The position numbers and the translations under genes were made by a program. A DNA stretch of 64,000 nt from Betaproteobacteria bacterium (lineage in GTDB: Bacteria > Pseudomonadota > Gammaproteobacteria > Burkholderiales > SG8-41): NCBI GenBank assembly GCA_021732605.1, contig JAKFUS010000029.1, positions 89,300 through 153,299 on the forward strand, read 5' to 3'. The notes under the pieces are model-generated. The model searched no databases, was not told the origin of the DNA, and saw nothing but the letters and a program-made list of their open reading frames with translations. Below are positions 54,734 through 64,000 of the stretch, piece after piece (position 1 is the first letter of the stretch; each line of letters starts with the position of its first letter).

Positions 54734-54766
54734 AAATAATTGTTTTTAAAGGTATTTTTAAATATG
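54734..54766 (+). repeat. AT-rich intergenic block, copy E (AAATAATTGTTTTTAAAGGTATTTTTAAATATG)
   Basis: The 15 nt at 54738-54752 are identical to copy D. It sits in the Bug-to-antitoxin spacer, oriented against both genes. Confidence 0.6.
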
Positions 54767-54800
54767 CGCGCGACGGTCTCGCTAAAAACAACACGATTGT

Positions 54801-55763
54801 TCAGCGTTCGAAGCTCAGGTTCGCGGACTTCACCACCTTGCGCCATTTCTCGATGTCCTGGCGGATGTAGTCGGTGAATTCCTCGATCGACATGGTCAGC
54901 GGGTCGGCGCCGACGGACAGCAGGCGATCGCGCACCGCCGGGGTATTCACCGTCTTGATGATCGCGTCGTGCAGCTTGAGCGCGATGTCGCGCGGCACTT
55001 TGGCCTGGGTGAGCAGGCCGTAGTAATTGAGCATGTCGACATCGGCGAAGCCGGCTTCCTTCGCCGACGGAATGTCAGGGAAGTGCGGCGAACGCTGCTG
55101 CGCCGCCACCGCGATGGCGCGCACGCGACCGGATTTGACGTAGGGCGAAATCACCGGCAGGTCGACGAACATGCCCTGGATCTGGCCGGCGACGACGTCG
55201 CTGACCGCGGGCGCCGCACCTTTGTAGGCGACGTGAGTGATTTTGATTTTGGCCTCGGCCATCAGCATTTCCAGCCCGAGGTGCAGCGTGCCGCCGGTGC
55301 CCGCCGAGCCGAAGGCAATCTGGTTCGGCCGTGATTTGGCGAGGGCGACGAATTCCTTCAGGGTTTTGGCCGGCATTGACGGGTGCAGCACGATCAGGCT
55401 GCCGGTGGTCATCACCGGGGACAGCGGCAGCATGTCACGCAAGGTGTCGTATGGCGGTTTAGCGTAAGTCACCATGTTGATCGAGGTGACGCTGGCGGTG
55501 GTCATCAGCAGCGTGTGGCCGTCGGGTGCGGCGCGGATCACCGCTTCAGCGCCGATGGTGCCATTGGCGCCGGCACGGTTGTCGACGACGATGGGTTGGC
55601 CCAGCAGTTCAGTCAGTCGCGGTCCGATGTTGCGGGTGGTGATGTCGGCGGGGCCGCCCGCGGCAAAGGGCACGACGATGCGGATCGGCCGGTTGGGAAA
55701 GTTCTGCGCCTGCGAGGTGGCGAGGGTCAGCAGCGCGGCTGCGAGCATCAATATGGATTTCAT
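54801..55763 (-). CDS. Bug/TctC-family substrate-binding protein
   Basis: I use the internal ATG at 55763, preceded by GGGAGGG (MKSILMLAAALLTLATSQAQNFPNRPIRIVVPFAAGGPAD). Confidence 0.9.
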   Translation of the reverse strand: MKSILMLAAALLTLATSQAQNFPNRPIRIVVPFAAGGPADITTRNIGPRLTELLGQPIVVDNRAGANGTIGAEAVIRAAPDGHTLLMTTASVTSINMVTYAKPPYDTLRDMLPLSPVMTTGSLIVLHPSMPAKTLKEFVALAKSRPNQIAFGSAGTGGTLHLGLEMLMAEAKIKITHVAYKGAAPAVSDVVAGQIQGMFVDLPVISPYVKSGRVRAIAVAAQQRSPHFPDIPSAKEAGFADVDMLNYYGLLTQAKVPRDIALKLHDAIIKTVNTPAVRDRLLSVGADPLTMSIEEFTDYIRQDIEKWRKVVKSANLSFER

Positions 55764-55860
55764 GAACCCTCCCTTGGAAACTGATTTTGTAGTGACGTTT
55801 TTTTTGGGGATTATAGCCACGCTAATGCAGCAATTTAACTTGGCAACTAAGCGCAGCAAC

Positions 55861-56277
55861 TTAACTCAGTAATACCGCCAGGCCGACCTGCGCCAGCGCC
55901 TCATCCAGATGCCCACCGTCATAACCGCCGACACCGATGCCGCCGAGTAGCACGCCGTCGCGCTTGACCACCAATCCGCCCTGCAGACCGGTTAATTGCA
56001 GGTCGCCCATTTCGCTGATGCTGCGGCCCTGTTCTTTCAGTTTTTTGCCATTCGTTCCGGTATCCGTGGCCATCACCGCCGCGGTGTAGGCCTTGCGGAT
56101 GGCGTGGCGGCGGCTGAAGAGGCGTAGCGCCCCGGTCTGGGCATAGGCCAGCAGGTTGCCGGTGCTATCGACGATGGCGATGGCGACCACATCGTCCGGG
56201 GTTTGCCTGGCCTTGTCGGTCATCGCTTTCATGGCCGCCTGTACCTGTATAAAAGTAAGGGGCGACGGGTCTGACAT
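55861..56277 (-). CDS. GlcG/HbpS-like (DUF336) haem-binding-family protein
   Basis: I use the internal ATG at 56277, preceded by AAGGAGAA. The family motif is near the C-terminus (GGLVVKRDGVLLGGIGVGG). Confidence 0.75.
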   Translation of the reverse strand: MSDPSPLTFIQVQAAMKAMTDKARQTPDDVVAIAIVDSTGNLLAYAQTGALRLFSRRHAIRKAYTAAVMATDTGTNGKKLKEQGRSISEMGDLQLTGLQGGLVVKRDGVLLGGIGVGGYDGGHLDEALAQVGLAVLLS

Positions 56278-56449
56278 CTCAGGTTCTCCTTGGGCGAATA
56301 ACATTCGGATGATGCGTTTATACCTGTAAATCATGTCCCGGGCGACGTCCGCGACTGACTACAATGTCGGGAATATCCGTGAAAAGCAACGCCGCATGGC
56401 GTGGTGGCGCGCCGATTGTTAGACTGCCAGACAGGAAACCCCATAAGCC

Positions 56450-57409
56450 ATGCGCCGCAGCGATTACGACATCACCGACAAGATCCGCACCACCGATCCG
56501 ATTGAGGTTTCCGATCACGTCGCCAGCCTGTTCAATGGCCTGTACCCGGACGCCAATTCGCGTCCCATGCGGCGCGCATTTGAAGACCTGTCGCAGATGT
56601 ATCACGGCAAACATCCGGACTATCACCCCTGTGATACTGAATATCACGACATCCAGCACGTGCTGGATGTGACGCTGGCGATGGCACGGCTGCTGGACGG
56701 TTATCAGCGGGACCGGAAAGATCACGCGCCGTTATCGCCTGAGTTGTTCAATCTCGGCATTGTCACCGCGCTGTTTCACGATGTCGGCTATCTGCGGCGC
56801 CGCAAAGACCATAAACACCGCTTTGGCGCGGAGTACACGCTGACCCATGTCAGTCGAGGATCGAAATTCCTGCGCACTTACCTGCCCCGTATCGGTTTGA
56901 AAAAGCATGCGGCGGACGCATCGGTGCTGGTGCACTTCACCGGCTACGAGCGTGATGCCGACACCATCAACATGGATGATCCGCTACTGCGCCGCGTTGG
57001 CGAGATCCTCGGCACCGCCGACATCATCGCGCAGATGTCCGATCGCTGTTACCTCGAGAAATGCCATGACCGGCTGTATCCGGAGTTTGTGCTTGGCGGC
57101 ATTGCCCGCCGCAAAATGCCCGACGGGCAGATCAAGGTCATCTACAAGTCCGGCAAAGACCTGTTGAGCAAAACCCCGGCGTTCTATCTGAATGCGATCA
57201 AACGACTCGACGAAAAACTGCATCGGGCGTATCGCTACGCTGAAACGCATTTTGGCGGCAAGAACCTGTACATGCTGGAAATGAAAAAGAACGAGGAACA
57301 CGCCGTTGCGGCCACCAGCGCGTCCGGTCGCAGTCAGCTGCGCCGCACAGCGCCCAACACGCTGCTGTCCGATGTGCGTGGCTATCCTGAGACGCTGATT
57401 ATTCCCTGA
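56450..57409 (+). CDS. HD-domain metal-dependent phosphohydrolase family protein
   Basis: 319 aa. The motifs are H...HD (YHDIQHVLDV ... ALFHDVGY) and a later D (GTADIIAQMSD). Confidence 0.75.
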   Translation: MRRSDYDITDKIRTTDPIEVSDHVASLFNGLYPDANSRPMRRAFEDLSQMYHGKHPDYHPCDTEYHDIQHVLDVTLAMARLLDGYQRDRKDHAPLSPELFNLGIVTALFHDVGYLRRRKDHKHRFGAEYTLTHVSRGSKFLRTYLPRIGLKKHAADASVLVHFTGYERDADTINMDDPLLRRVGEILGTADIIAQMSDRCYLEKCHDRLYPEFVLGGIARRKMPDGQIKVIYKSGKDLLSKTPAFYLNAIKRLDEKLHRAYRYAETHFGGKNLYMLEMKKNEEHAVAATSASGRSQLRRTAPNTLLSDVRGYPETLIIP

Positions 57410-57434
57410 GTGGCATCAGGACCTGCAGCGCGGT

Positions 57435-58097
57435 TCAACCCTGGCTTCGCACAAAACTGAACAATCGTCCGCGCGACGCCGGCATGCCCACCGAGGCCGG
57501 CATCGGCATCGGCTGCGCGGTGCGCACATAACCCTGCGCCGCCAGCAGCGAGCTGAACGCACTGACATATCCGCGACCGGGATCGGCGATCAGCACTTGC
57601 GCCGCAGGGTTGGCGTGATGGGCGATGAAGCTGGCGAGCAGCACAGCGTGGTCAGGTTCATACAGCAGGTCGCTGCCGATGATCAGATCGAAGCGGCCGA
57701 GCTGCGGGTTGGGGCCCAGCCATGCTGCGTTGAGGAATTTGATCGGCGCGAGTCCGTTCAGTTCGGCATTCTGGCGCAGGAATTCTTCGGCCAGCGGATG
57801 ATGGTCACAGGCGGTGATGGTGGCGCCGCGGCGCGCGAGCACCAGGCTGGCCAGGCCGAGGCCGCAGCCGAGTTCGAGGATATTTTTACCGGCGATCGGA
57901 AACCGGCTGATGGCCTCAGCCAGCGCCAGACCCGCGGGCCACACCACGCCGAACAAGGGCCATGATGCCGGGGATACACCGGCGCGTTCGGCGGCACCCT
58001 CGGGATCGGAAAACTGTTGCTTGTTGAGCAGGGCGCGAATGCGGAAATCGCTGTCGCCGACATGGAGGGTGACGATTTCGACTTCGTAACCAGGCAT
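57435..58097 (-). CDS. Class I SAM-dependent methyltransferase (Methyltransf_16 / protein-lysine-MTase-like)
   Basis: 220 aa. The pattern is VWPAGLALAEAI...GKNILELGCGLGLASL...GSDLLYE. Confidence 0.75.
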   Translation of the reverse strand: MPGYEVEIVTLHVGDSDFRIRALLNKQQFSDPEGAAERAGVSPASWPLFGVVWPAGLALAEAISRFPIAGKNILELGCGLGLASLVLARRGATITACDHHPLAEEFLRQNAELNGLAPIKFLNAAWLGPNPQLGRFDLIIGSDLLYEPDHAVLLASFIAHHANPAAQVLIADPGRGYVSAFSSLLAAQGYVRTAQPMPMPASVGMPASRGRLFSFVRSQG

Positions 58098-58256
58098 GGC
58101 GTGCTCGCGGTGAAGTCGGGGCCGCCGGAATTGGCAGCGGGACAGCGGTGTGGGCCGCGTGGTTTCAGTTTACGCGCAACAACATTTTGTTGCCCGGAGT
58201 GTCATGCGCGCCCGGAAGCATTACATTAGCCTGCTGTATTTCCATTCGGAGCATCC

Positions 58257-58826
58257 ATGCGTTTCCTGATCCGCACCGGCACTTTTGTACTGCAACTGGC
58301 GACCTTCCTGGTGCTGGTCACCTTGCTGTCCCAGGCGGTGACGTATTTCACCGCCGAGCGTTATGTCGCAGGCAATACGCCGAGCCGGCTGTTCCCGGTG
58401 GTGGTAGTGCGCCCGGCGGCGACCTCAACTGCCACCTCAACCGCCACGCCGGAGTATGAATTGCTGCGCTGGCCGCAGCTGACGCGCAAGGATCCGCCGC
58501 CGCTGCGACCCTGGAATTTGAAGTTGCCGGTGGCAGAAGGCGTGTTTGCTGTCGCGGTGACCGGTGGTTTTGAGCCTCGTGTGCGTTTCAACGCGACCGA
58601 TGCCACAGGCGGCCGCCAGCGGGTGGAGATCAAAGTGACAGACGACGATTACGTGATTTATGCCGCCTATACCACGGACGGCGCGACGGCACAGCCGGAG
58701 TATTTCCGCATCTGGGGCCCGACCTCGGCGCTGATCGCGGTGTTTCCGGCGTTTGTGCTGACTGTTGTGTTCAGCCGCCTCGTCAGACGCTGGCGTGAAC
58801 GCGTGAAGGCCGCTCCGTCCGCCTGA
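58257..58826 (+). CDS. Hypothetical membrane protein (N- and C-terminal TM helices)
   Basis: 189 aa with no recognised motif. It contains an ATSTATSTAT segment encoded by a short tandem DNA repeat. Confidence 0.55.
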   Translation: MRFLIRTGTFVLQLATFLVLVTLLSQAVTYFTAERYVAGNTPSRLFPVVVVRPAATSTATSTATPEYELLRWPQLTRKDPPPLRPWNLKLPVAEGVFAVAVTGGFEPRVRFNATDATGGRQRVEIKVTDDDYVIYAAYTTDGATAQPEYFRIWGPTSALIAVFPAFVLTVVFSRLVRRWRERVKAAPSA

Positions 58827-58838
58827 TCGCGACTGTGT

Positions 58839-60041
58839 TCAGTTAAACGCAGAAATGCCGGTCTGCGCGCGGCCCAGTACCAGCGCATGGATGTCGTGGG
58901 TGCCTTCCAGCGTGTTGACGGTTTCCAGATTTAACATGTGTCGGATCACCGGGTATTCGTCGGAAATGCCGTTGCCGCCGAGCATGTCGCGGGCCTGGCG
59001 TGCGATATCCAGCGCTTTGCCGGTGGAATTGCGTTTAAGCAGTGACACCATTTCAGGTGACGCCAGCCCCTGATCGCGCAGCCGGCTGACATGCAGGCAG
59101 GCGAGCAGCCCGAGCGCGATTTCGGACTGCATGTCGGCGAGTTTTTTCTGAATGATCTGGTTCGCGGCCAGCGGACGGCCGAACTGTTTGCGGTCCATGG
59201 TGTATTGCCGCGCGGTGTACCAGCAGGCTTCCGCCGCACCCAGCGCGCCCCAGCAGATCACGAAACGCGCGTTGTTCAGGCAGCCGAACGGACCCTTCAG
59301 TCCCGACACATTGGGCAGCAGGTTGGCTTCGGGCACAAACACGTGGTCCATGGCGATTTCGCCGGTGGGCGAGGCGCGCACCGAAAATTTGCCTTCGATC
59401 TTGCGCGTTGACAGGCCTTCCATGCCGCGTTCGAGGATGAAACCGCGGATCACGCCGCCGTCATCCTTGGCCCACACGATCATGATGTCGGCGATCGGCG
59501 CATGGGTGATCCACAACTTGGTGCCGCTCAGCCGGTAACCGCCATCGACGCTGCGCGCACGGGTTTTCATGCTGCCGGGATCGGAGCCATGATCGGGTTC
59601 GGTGAGGCCGAAACAGCCGAGCAGCTCGCCGGTGACCATTTTCGGCAAATACTTTTGTCGTTGTTCCTCGGTGCCGTAGGCGTAGATCGGCGTCATCGCC
59701 AAGCCGCTCTGCACGCCGCAGGCGGAACGGAAGGCGGTATCGACGCGCTCGAGTTCACGCATGATCAGACCATAGGCGACATAACCGATGCCGGCGCAGC
59801 CATATCCTTCGAGCGGCGCGCCGAGAAAACCGAGCGCGCCCATTTCGCGCATCACGACGGGATCGAAGGTCTCATTGCGGTTCCAGTCGCGGATGCGTGG
59901 CGCGAGCTTTTCCTGCGCGTATTGGCGCGCAGTGTCGCGGATCATTTTTTCTTCGTCGGTGAGCTGCGTTTCCAGCAGCAGCGGATCATCCCACTGGAAG
60001 TGGCCACCGCTGAGGGTGACTGCGGTGTAGTCGATGGTCAT
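58839..60041 (-). CDS. gcdH: Glutaryl-CoA dehydrogenase
   Basis: I use the internal ATG at 60041 with a GGAG Shine-Dalgarno ([31 protein letters not shown]...). The GCDH-typical C-terminus is [37 protein letters not shown]. Confidence 0.9.
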   Translation of the reverse strand: MTIDYTAVTLSGGHFQWDDPLLLETQLTDEEKMIRDTARQYAQEKLAPRIRDWNRNETFDPVVMREMGALGFLGAPLEGYGCAGIGYVAYGLIMRELERVDTAFRSACGVQSGLAMTPIYAYGTEEQRQKYLPKMVTGELLGCFGLTEPDHGSDPGSMKTRARSVDGGYRLSGTKLWITHAPIADIMIVWAKDDGGVIRGFILERGMEGLSTRKIEGKFSVRASPTGEIAMDHVFVPEANLLPNVSGLKGPFGCLNNARFVICWGALGAAEACWYTARQYTMDRKQFGRPLAANQIIQKKLADMQSEIALGLLACLHVSRLRDQGLASPEMVSLLKRNSTGKALDIARQARDMLGGNGISDEYPVIRHMLNLETVNTLEGTHDIHALVLGRAQTGISAFN

Positions 60042-60077
60042 TGGGGCTCCGGGATGGCGTGTCACCATGCACCATGT

Positions 60078-60109
60078 AAATAATTGATTATATTAATATT
60101 TTTATTATC
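60078..60109 (+). repeat. AT-rich intergenic block, degenerate copy H (AAATAATTGATTATATTAATATTTTTATTATC)
   Basis: It shares AAATAATTG with copy E and TTGATT..ATATTT with copy B. It lies in the hydrolase-to-gcdH spacer, oriented against both genes. Confidence 0.4.
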
Positions 60110-60851
60110 GGGTGGCGCGATCCAGAAACAGTTTCACGTTGCGTACCAGTTCATTCTCCATGTTGTTGAAATAATGATCGGCCCCGGCGACGCGGATCTG
60201 CGCCGAGCCGCGGATGTTCTGGATGACAGCGGCGCGCCTGGCGGCGAGTTCAAGCACTTCCGGAAAATCTTTTTCGCCGTAGAGGTCGAGCACCGGTGCC
60301 TTGAGCGTCGCCGGATGGGTGTATTCACCGACAATGCCGATCGACACCCAGGCGGTGATGGCCGGCGCGTCGGGCTGGTTCAACAGCGAATTGGTCATGC
60401 GCGAGCCGAAGCTGTGCGACACGATGGCGATTTTTTTGTGGCCTTTGTCCTGCAGGAATTTCACCGCGACCGCGATTCGCGCCGCGGCCTCCGGAAACAG
60501 CGGCGGATACTGATCGCCACGCAGTTCTGCCGCGAGCACCGGCATCTGCACCGACAGCGTGGCATAACCCTGTTCGGCGAGTTGGCTGCGCAAGGGATTG
60601 ATCAGGCCCCAGTCTGGATGCACGCCAAGGCCATGCACGACGACCACGCCGGCCTGCGCCTTGCTGTTGGGGGTGTAGATGCCGAGAAATTTGCGGCCCG
60701 CAGGCAATGCCAGTTGCACCGGGTCACCTACTAATATGGCCGGCGTGATTTCAGCAGCCCAGCGCTGTTCGCGGGCATAGTCGGCCTGGGCGTACTGGGC
60801 GTAGCAGGGGATACTGGTCAGCGCCAGCAACAGTGTCAAGAATAATCGCAT
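60105..60851 (-). CDS. Secreted alpha/beta-hydrolase-fold protein
   Basis: I use the internal ATG at 60851, a 1-nt TGATG overlap with the upstream crotonase stop (MRLFLTLLLALTSIPCYAQ). The nucleophile elbow is SHSFGS. Confidence 0.75.
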   Translation of the reverse strand: MRLFLTLLLALTSIPCYAQYAQADYAREQRWAAEITPAILVGDPVQLALPAGRKFLGIYTPNSKAQAGVVVVHGLGVHPDWGLINPLRSQLAEQGYATLSVQMPVLAAELRGDQYPPLFPEAAARIAVAVKFLQDKGHKKIAIVSHSFGSRMTNSLLNQPDAPAITAWVSIGIVGEYTHPATLKAPVLDLYGEKDFPEVLELAARRAAVIQNIRGSAQIRVAGADHYFNNMENELVRNVKLFLDRATR

Positions 60852-61633
60852 CAACGCCCTTCGAATTTCGGTTTGGTTTTGTCGAGAAAGGCTTTGACGC
60901 CGCTGCGGTAATCGTCGGTGTCGAAACAAGCGAACCCGACATCCCATTCCTCAGGCGCGATGTTGGCCTGTACCGTCAGACGTTCGATGAACTGCTTGTG
61001 CCAGCGCGCGACCAGTGGCGCGCCGTCGGCGATGCGCTGTGCCAGTGCGTAACTTTCGGTTTCGACCAGCTCATCGGCGACGACGCGGTTGACCAGGCGT
61101 TTGCGATAAGCCTCGGCGGCATCGAACACACGGCCTTCGAGCAGGATTTCCAGCGTCACCGCGCGCCCGGCCAGCGCCAGCAGCCCGGCGAGTTCGCCGT
61201 AGGCCATGGTCAGACCGAGTTTGTTGACGGGCACGCCGAAACGGCTGGAGGTGCCGCACACCCGCATGTCGCACATCGCAGCGATTTCGAGGCCGCCGCC
61301 GATGCAGGCGCCTTCGATCATCGCCACGGTCGGATGGCGGCATTGCGCGACCGCCTGCATCGCGCTGTGGATCAACTCACCATACTGTTTGGCCTGGCGC
61401 GCGTTGGCGCGTTCGGTGGCGAATTCGGCAATGTCCGCGCCCGCAGCGAAGGCCTTGCCGCCGGCGCCGCGCAGCACGATGCAGCGCAGCGCGTCGTTGC
61501 CGGACAGCCGGCGCATGGTCCCGCCGAGCTCTTCCCACATTTCGCGGTTCAGCGCATTGAGCCGGTCCGGGCGGTTCAGCGTGACAGTAGCAATGGCGCC
61601 GTCGCGAGTGGTGAGGATGCCGTGAGTGGTCAT
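60851..61633 (-). CDS. Enoyl-CoA hydratase/isomerase family protein
   Basis: 260 aa. Motifs are LNRPDRLNAL, GAGGKAFAAGADI and MIEGACIGGGLEIA. Confidence 0.88.
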   Translation of the reverse strand: MTTHGILTTRDGAIATVTLNRPDRLNALNREMWEELGGTMRRLSGNDALRCIVLRGAGGKAFAAGADIAEFATERANARQAKQYGELIHSAMQAVAQCRHPTVAMIEGACIGGGLEIAAMCDMRVCGTSSRFGVPVNKLGLTMAYGELAGLLALAGRAVTLEILLEGRVFDAAEAYRKRLVNRVVADELVETESYALAQRIADGAPLVARWHKQFIERLTVQANIAPEEWDVGFACFDTDDYRSGVKAFLDKTKPKFEGR

Positions 61634-62457
61634 GTGCGTACTCCCGCTGCGGCGGCCTGTGCGACGAGGGTATGGCGCGCTGCCAGCATGTCGTCCAGCG
61701 TGCCGAAGGCATTGGTGTAATTGCCGCGGAACCCCTTGCCTTCGATCATCTTGAACATTTCGCCGAAATCAAGGTTGCCCTGACCCGGCATCAGATGCAC
61801 TTCGTGGCCGTTGCGGAAGCAGTCGGCGAGCCGCACTTCACCGACACGGCTGAAATCCAGAGCCTCGACAAATCCGGCAATGCCCTCGGGCACCAGATGG
61901 GCATGATTGGCGGTGAACGACAGTTTGAATGCAGGCGAGGCGATATCCCAGTAGTACTGCCACTCCTCGATCGTGTGCGCGAGGTAATGCACCTCGGCGT
62001 CGGCCGGTTCCTTGTTGAGATTCTCAAGAAGAATCAGCGCTTTTTGTTTTTCGGCATAGTCGGCAATGCGCTGCAGGCGTTCTTTGCCGGCCGCCATGCG
62101 CATGCGCTTGTCAGACGTGAAGTGATAGCCGGCATGCACGACGATCCATTGCGCACCGAGTTTGGCAAAAATATCGACGTAACTGCGCAGGTAGGCATCG
62201 ACGGCATCGCCGACGTAGGGCGAGTATTCGGCGATGTTGACCGCCGACAGCGTATGCAGTGCGAGATGCACGCCGTTTTTTTCCAGCATCCCGCGCACTT
62301 TCGCGCAGCGTGCATCGTCGAAGGTGGTGATGGCGTTTGCTGCGGTGTCGAGCTGGATGTCGATGTGCTTGACGTTGTGCTGCGCCGCCCACCCGATGGC
62401 GTCCTCAATGCTCAGATGGCGTCCGATGTCGATGCCGATGCGGTCCAGCAGACTCAT
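61630..62457 (-). CDS. Xylose-isomerase-like TIM-barrel (sugar phosphate isomerase/epimerase) family protein
   Basis: I use the internal ATG at 62457 (MSLLDRIGIDIGRHLS...). The AP_endonuc_2-type pattern is present (VVHAGYH, LLENL, HAHLVPEG). Confidence 0.75.
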   Translation of the reverse strand: MSLLDRIGIDIGRHLSIEDAIGWAAQHNVKHIDIQLDTAANAITTFDDARCAKVRGMLEKNGVHLALHTLSAVNIAEYSPYVGDAVDAYLRSYVDIFAKLGAQWIVVHAGYHFTSDKRMRMAAGKERLQRIADYAEKQKALILLENLNKEPADAEVHYLAHTIEEWQYYWDIASPAFKLSFTANHAHLVPEGIAGFVEALDFSRVGEVRLADCFRNGHEVHLMPGQGNLDFGEMFKMIEGKGFRGNYTNAFGTLDDMLAARHTLVAQAAAAGVRT

Positions 62458-62503
62458 GTTTTTCGTATCCTTGGTTAAAAACAGCGCGGCTGGTAATGCC
62501 GGT

Positions 62504-63472
62504 TCATTCGGCATTGGCACCAGTGGCCTTGACCACCTTGCCCCATTTTTCAGTCTCGGACTTCAGATAGGCTGTGAACTCCGCCGGCGTGTTGAAGACG
62601 GGGTCGACGCCCTGGCTTTCAAGTTTCTGCTTGATGTCTTCGCGCGTCAGCACCTTGCGGTTGGCTGCGTTGAGCTTGTCGATAATCGTTTTGGCGGTGC
62701 GCGCCGGCGCCAGCAGGCCATACCAGGTGCTGTAGTCGTAGCCGGCAACGCCGCCTTCGATCAGCGTCGGCACGTCCGGTGTCGCGGGAGAACGCTTGGC
62801 TGTGGTGACGCCCAGCGCGCGCATGCGGCCGCTTTTTACATGTGGCAGCGCCGAAGCGAAGGTCGAAACCATCATGTTGATCTGGCCGCCCAACAGGTCG
62901 GTCAACGCCGGTCCCGTGCCTTTGTACGGTACGTGGACGATGTCTATCCTGGTCTGCAGCTTCAACAGCTCTGCAGCGAGGTGGGTGCCGGACCCGGTGC
63001 CTGCTGAGGCATAGTTGAATTTGCCGGGATTGGCGCGCGCGAGCTCAATGAATTCCCTGAGGTTCTTCGCCGGCAGGTTGGGGTGGATGACCAGAATGTT
63101 GGGCTGCACGGCCGACAGCGAGATCGACGCCAGGTCGCGGATCGTGTCGTAGCGCAGTTTTGTATATAGAGTGGCGTTGAAGGCGAGGCTGATGTTGCCG
63201 AAGAGGATGGTGTAACCGTCGGCTGGCGATTTGGCGACGATTTCGGTGCCGAGCGTCGAACCTGCGCCGCCACGATTGTCGACTACAACCGGCTGCCCCA
63301 GGGTTTCGTTCAGTGCCTGGGCGATGATGCGGCCGATGATGTCAGTACCGCCGCCGGGGGCGAACGGCACAACAAATCGGATGGCCTTGTTGGGATAGTC
63401 CTGCGCTTGCGCAAGAGGCACCATGACCAATACGGCAAGGGCCGCCAGCGCGGCAATCAGTCGGCTGAGCAT
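62504..63472 (-). CDS. Bug/TctC-family substrate-binding protein
   Basis: 322 aa with a signal peptide, then YPNKAIRFVVPFAPGGGTD. Confidence 0.9.
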   Translation of the reverse strand: MLSRLIAALAALAVLVMVPLAQAQDYPNKAIRFVVPFAPGGGTDIIGRIIAQALNETLGQPVVVDNRGGAGSTLGTEIVAKSPADGYTILFGNISLAFNATLYTKLRYDTIRDLASISLSAVQPNILVIHPNLPAKNLREFIELARANPGKFNYASAGTGSGTHLAAELLKLQTRIDIVHVPYKGTGPALTDLLGGQINMMVSTFASALPHVKSGRMRALGVTTAKRSPATPDVPTLIEGGVAGYDYSTWYGLLAPARTAKTIIDKLNAANRKVLTREDIKQKLESQGVDPVFNTPAEFTAYLKSETEKWGKVVKATGANAE

Positions 63473-63522
63473 GGGTTCTCCGGGGTTTTATTGAAACTGC
63501 CCCGCCAGTTTACTACTACTGA

Positions 63523-64000
63523 TCAGGCGGCTTTGACCGCCTTCGCCTGCTTGGTGCTCCCGGTCAGGTACGCCATGGCGGCGTCAACGCCGCCTTTTTG
63601 GTGCGGCACGCCAGCGAGTTCCAGTCCCATTTCAACGCCGGCCAGCGTACCCATCAGCGTCAGGTCGTTGAAATCACCGAGGTGGCCGATACGGAACACC
63701 TTGTCGGCGATTTTGCCGAGACCGCTGCCCAGCGACATGTTGAAGCGTTCGAGCACGACTTTGCGGAATGCCACTTCGCTATGGCCCGCGGGCATCAGCA
63801 CCGCAGTCAGCACGCCGGAATATTCTGCCGGGTTCTGGCACAGCACTTCGAGGCCCCAGGCATTGACCGCGCGACGGGTGGCTTCGGCATGGCGCTGATG
63901 GCGCGCGAACACATTATCGAGGCCTTCCTCATCAAGCAGCATTTTCAGCGCCTCGCGCAAACCATAGAGCAGGTTGGTCGCAGGGGTGTACGGGAAAAAA
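63523..64000 (-). CDS. Class V aminotransferase (serine-glyoxylate / alanine-glyoxylate type), C-terminal part; the 5' end is beyond the right window edge
   Basis: The reverse translation is open to base 64000 (FFPYTPATNLLYGLREALKMLLDEEGLDNVFARHQRHAEATRRAV...RIGHLG...), which matches the AGXT/SGAT family C-terminal domain. Confidence 0.8.
   Translation of the reverse strand, partial: FFPYTPATNLLYGLREALKMLLDEEGLDNVFARHQRHAEATRRAVNAWGLEVLCQNPAEYSGVLTAVLMPAGHSEVAFRKVVLERFNMSLGSGLGKIADKVFRIGHLGDFNDLTLMGTLAGVEMGLELAGVPHQKGGVDAAMAYLTGSTKQAKAVKAA

Noticed and set aside
54764-54877. About 37-codon ORF starting at the ATG that terminates AT-rich block E
   Set aside because: It is antisense to the Bug 3' end and has no Shine-Dalgarno. 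It is kept only as a note within a finding.
58400-58450. Short tandem DNA repeat encoding ATSTATSTAT
   Set aside because: Only about 2.5 units of a 12-nt repeat inside a plausible ORF. Too short for a CRISPR array or a meaningful satellite.

Overview
GC-rich proteobacterial chromosome segment. Gene content, including seven Bug/TctC-type periplasmic binding proteins, suggests a Burkholderiales-like betaproteobacterium; the taxon is inference only. I call about 65 protein-coding genes. I saw no rRNA, tRNA, CRISPR array, transposase or integrase.

Core genes:
- pilM (partial), divergent from mrcA
- hemB and engB
- cytochrome c4 plus System II ccsB/ccsA
- dapE and corA
- purE-purK-purC
- a long-form dCTP-deaminase-family gene
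- tsaC/sua5

Accessory blocks:
1. 12.5-21.7 kb: a GntR regulator divergent from an unusual operon. It encodes a bare biotinyl carrier, two full-length carboxyltransferase paralogues, a stand-alone biotin carboxylase, a split ADP-forming CoA ligase and an Fe-ADH-family enzyme.
2. 23-28.5 kb: thioesterase, hydrolase, DUF427, crotonase, two tandem Bug genes and a 2-hydroxyacid dehydrogenase.
3. 32-46 kb: a 12-gene unidirectional, regulator-less catabolic array. It contains two MmgE/PrpD paralogues, a LeuCD-like dehydratase, a PEP-mutase/isocitrate-lyase-family enzyme, a fused ADP-forming CoA ligase, an ACAD, a lactonase, an atypical SDR and three Bug genes.
4. 51.4-54.7 kb: a visibly AT-richer islet holding a type II m5C methyltransferase, a putative PD-(D/E)xK nuclease and a RES-Xre toxin-antitoxin pair.
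5. 58.8-63.5 kb: gcdH, hydrolase, crotonase, TIM-barrel protein and a Bug gene.

Non-coding structure not explained by genes:
- A dispersed family of about 30-nt AT-rich intergenic blocks. Two pairs share 17-20 nt of perfect identity, and most copies sit directly upstream of start codons.
- A roughly 29-bp inverted repeat built from 9-nt CACAGAG units.
- Opposed heptamer (TTACCAG) arrays.
- Four tandem 14-mers.
- A triple REP-like hairpin cluster.

All family assignments come from reading motifs by eye. No database search was run.
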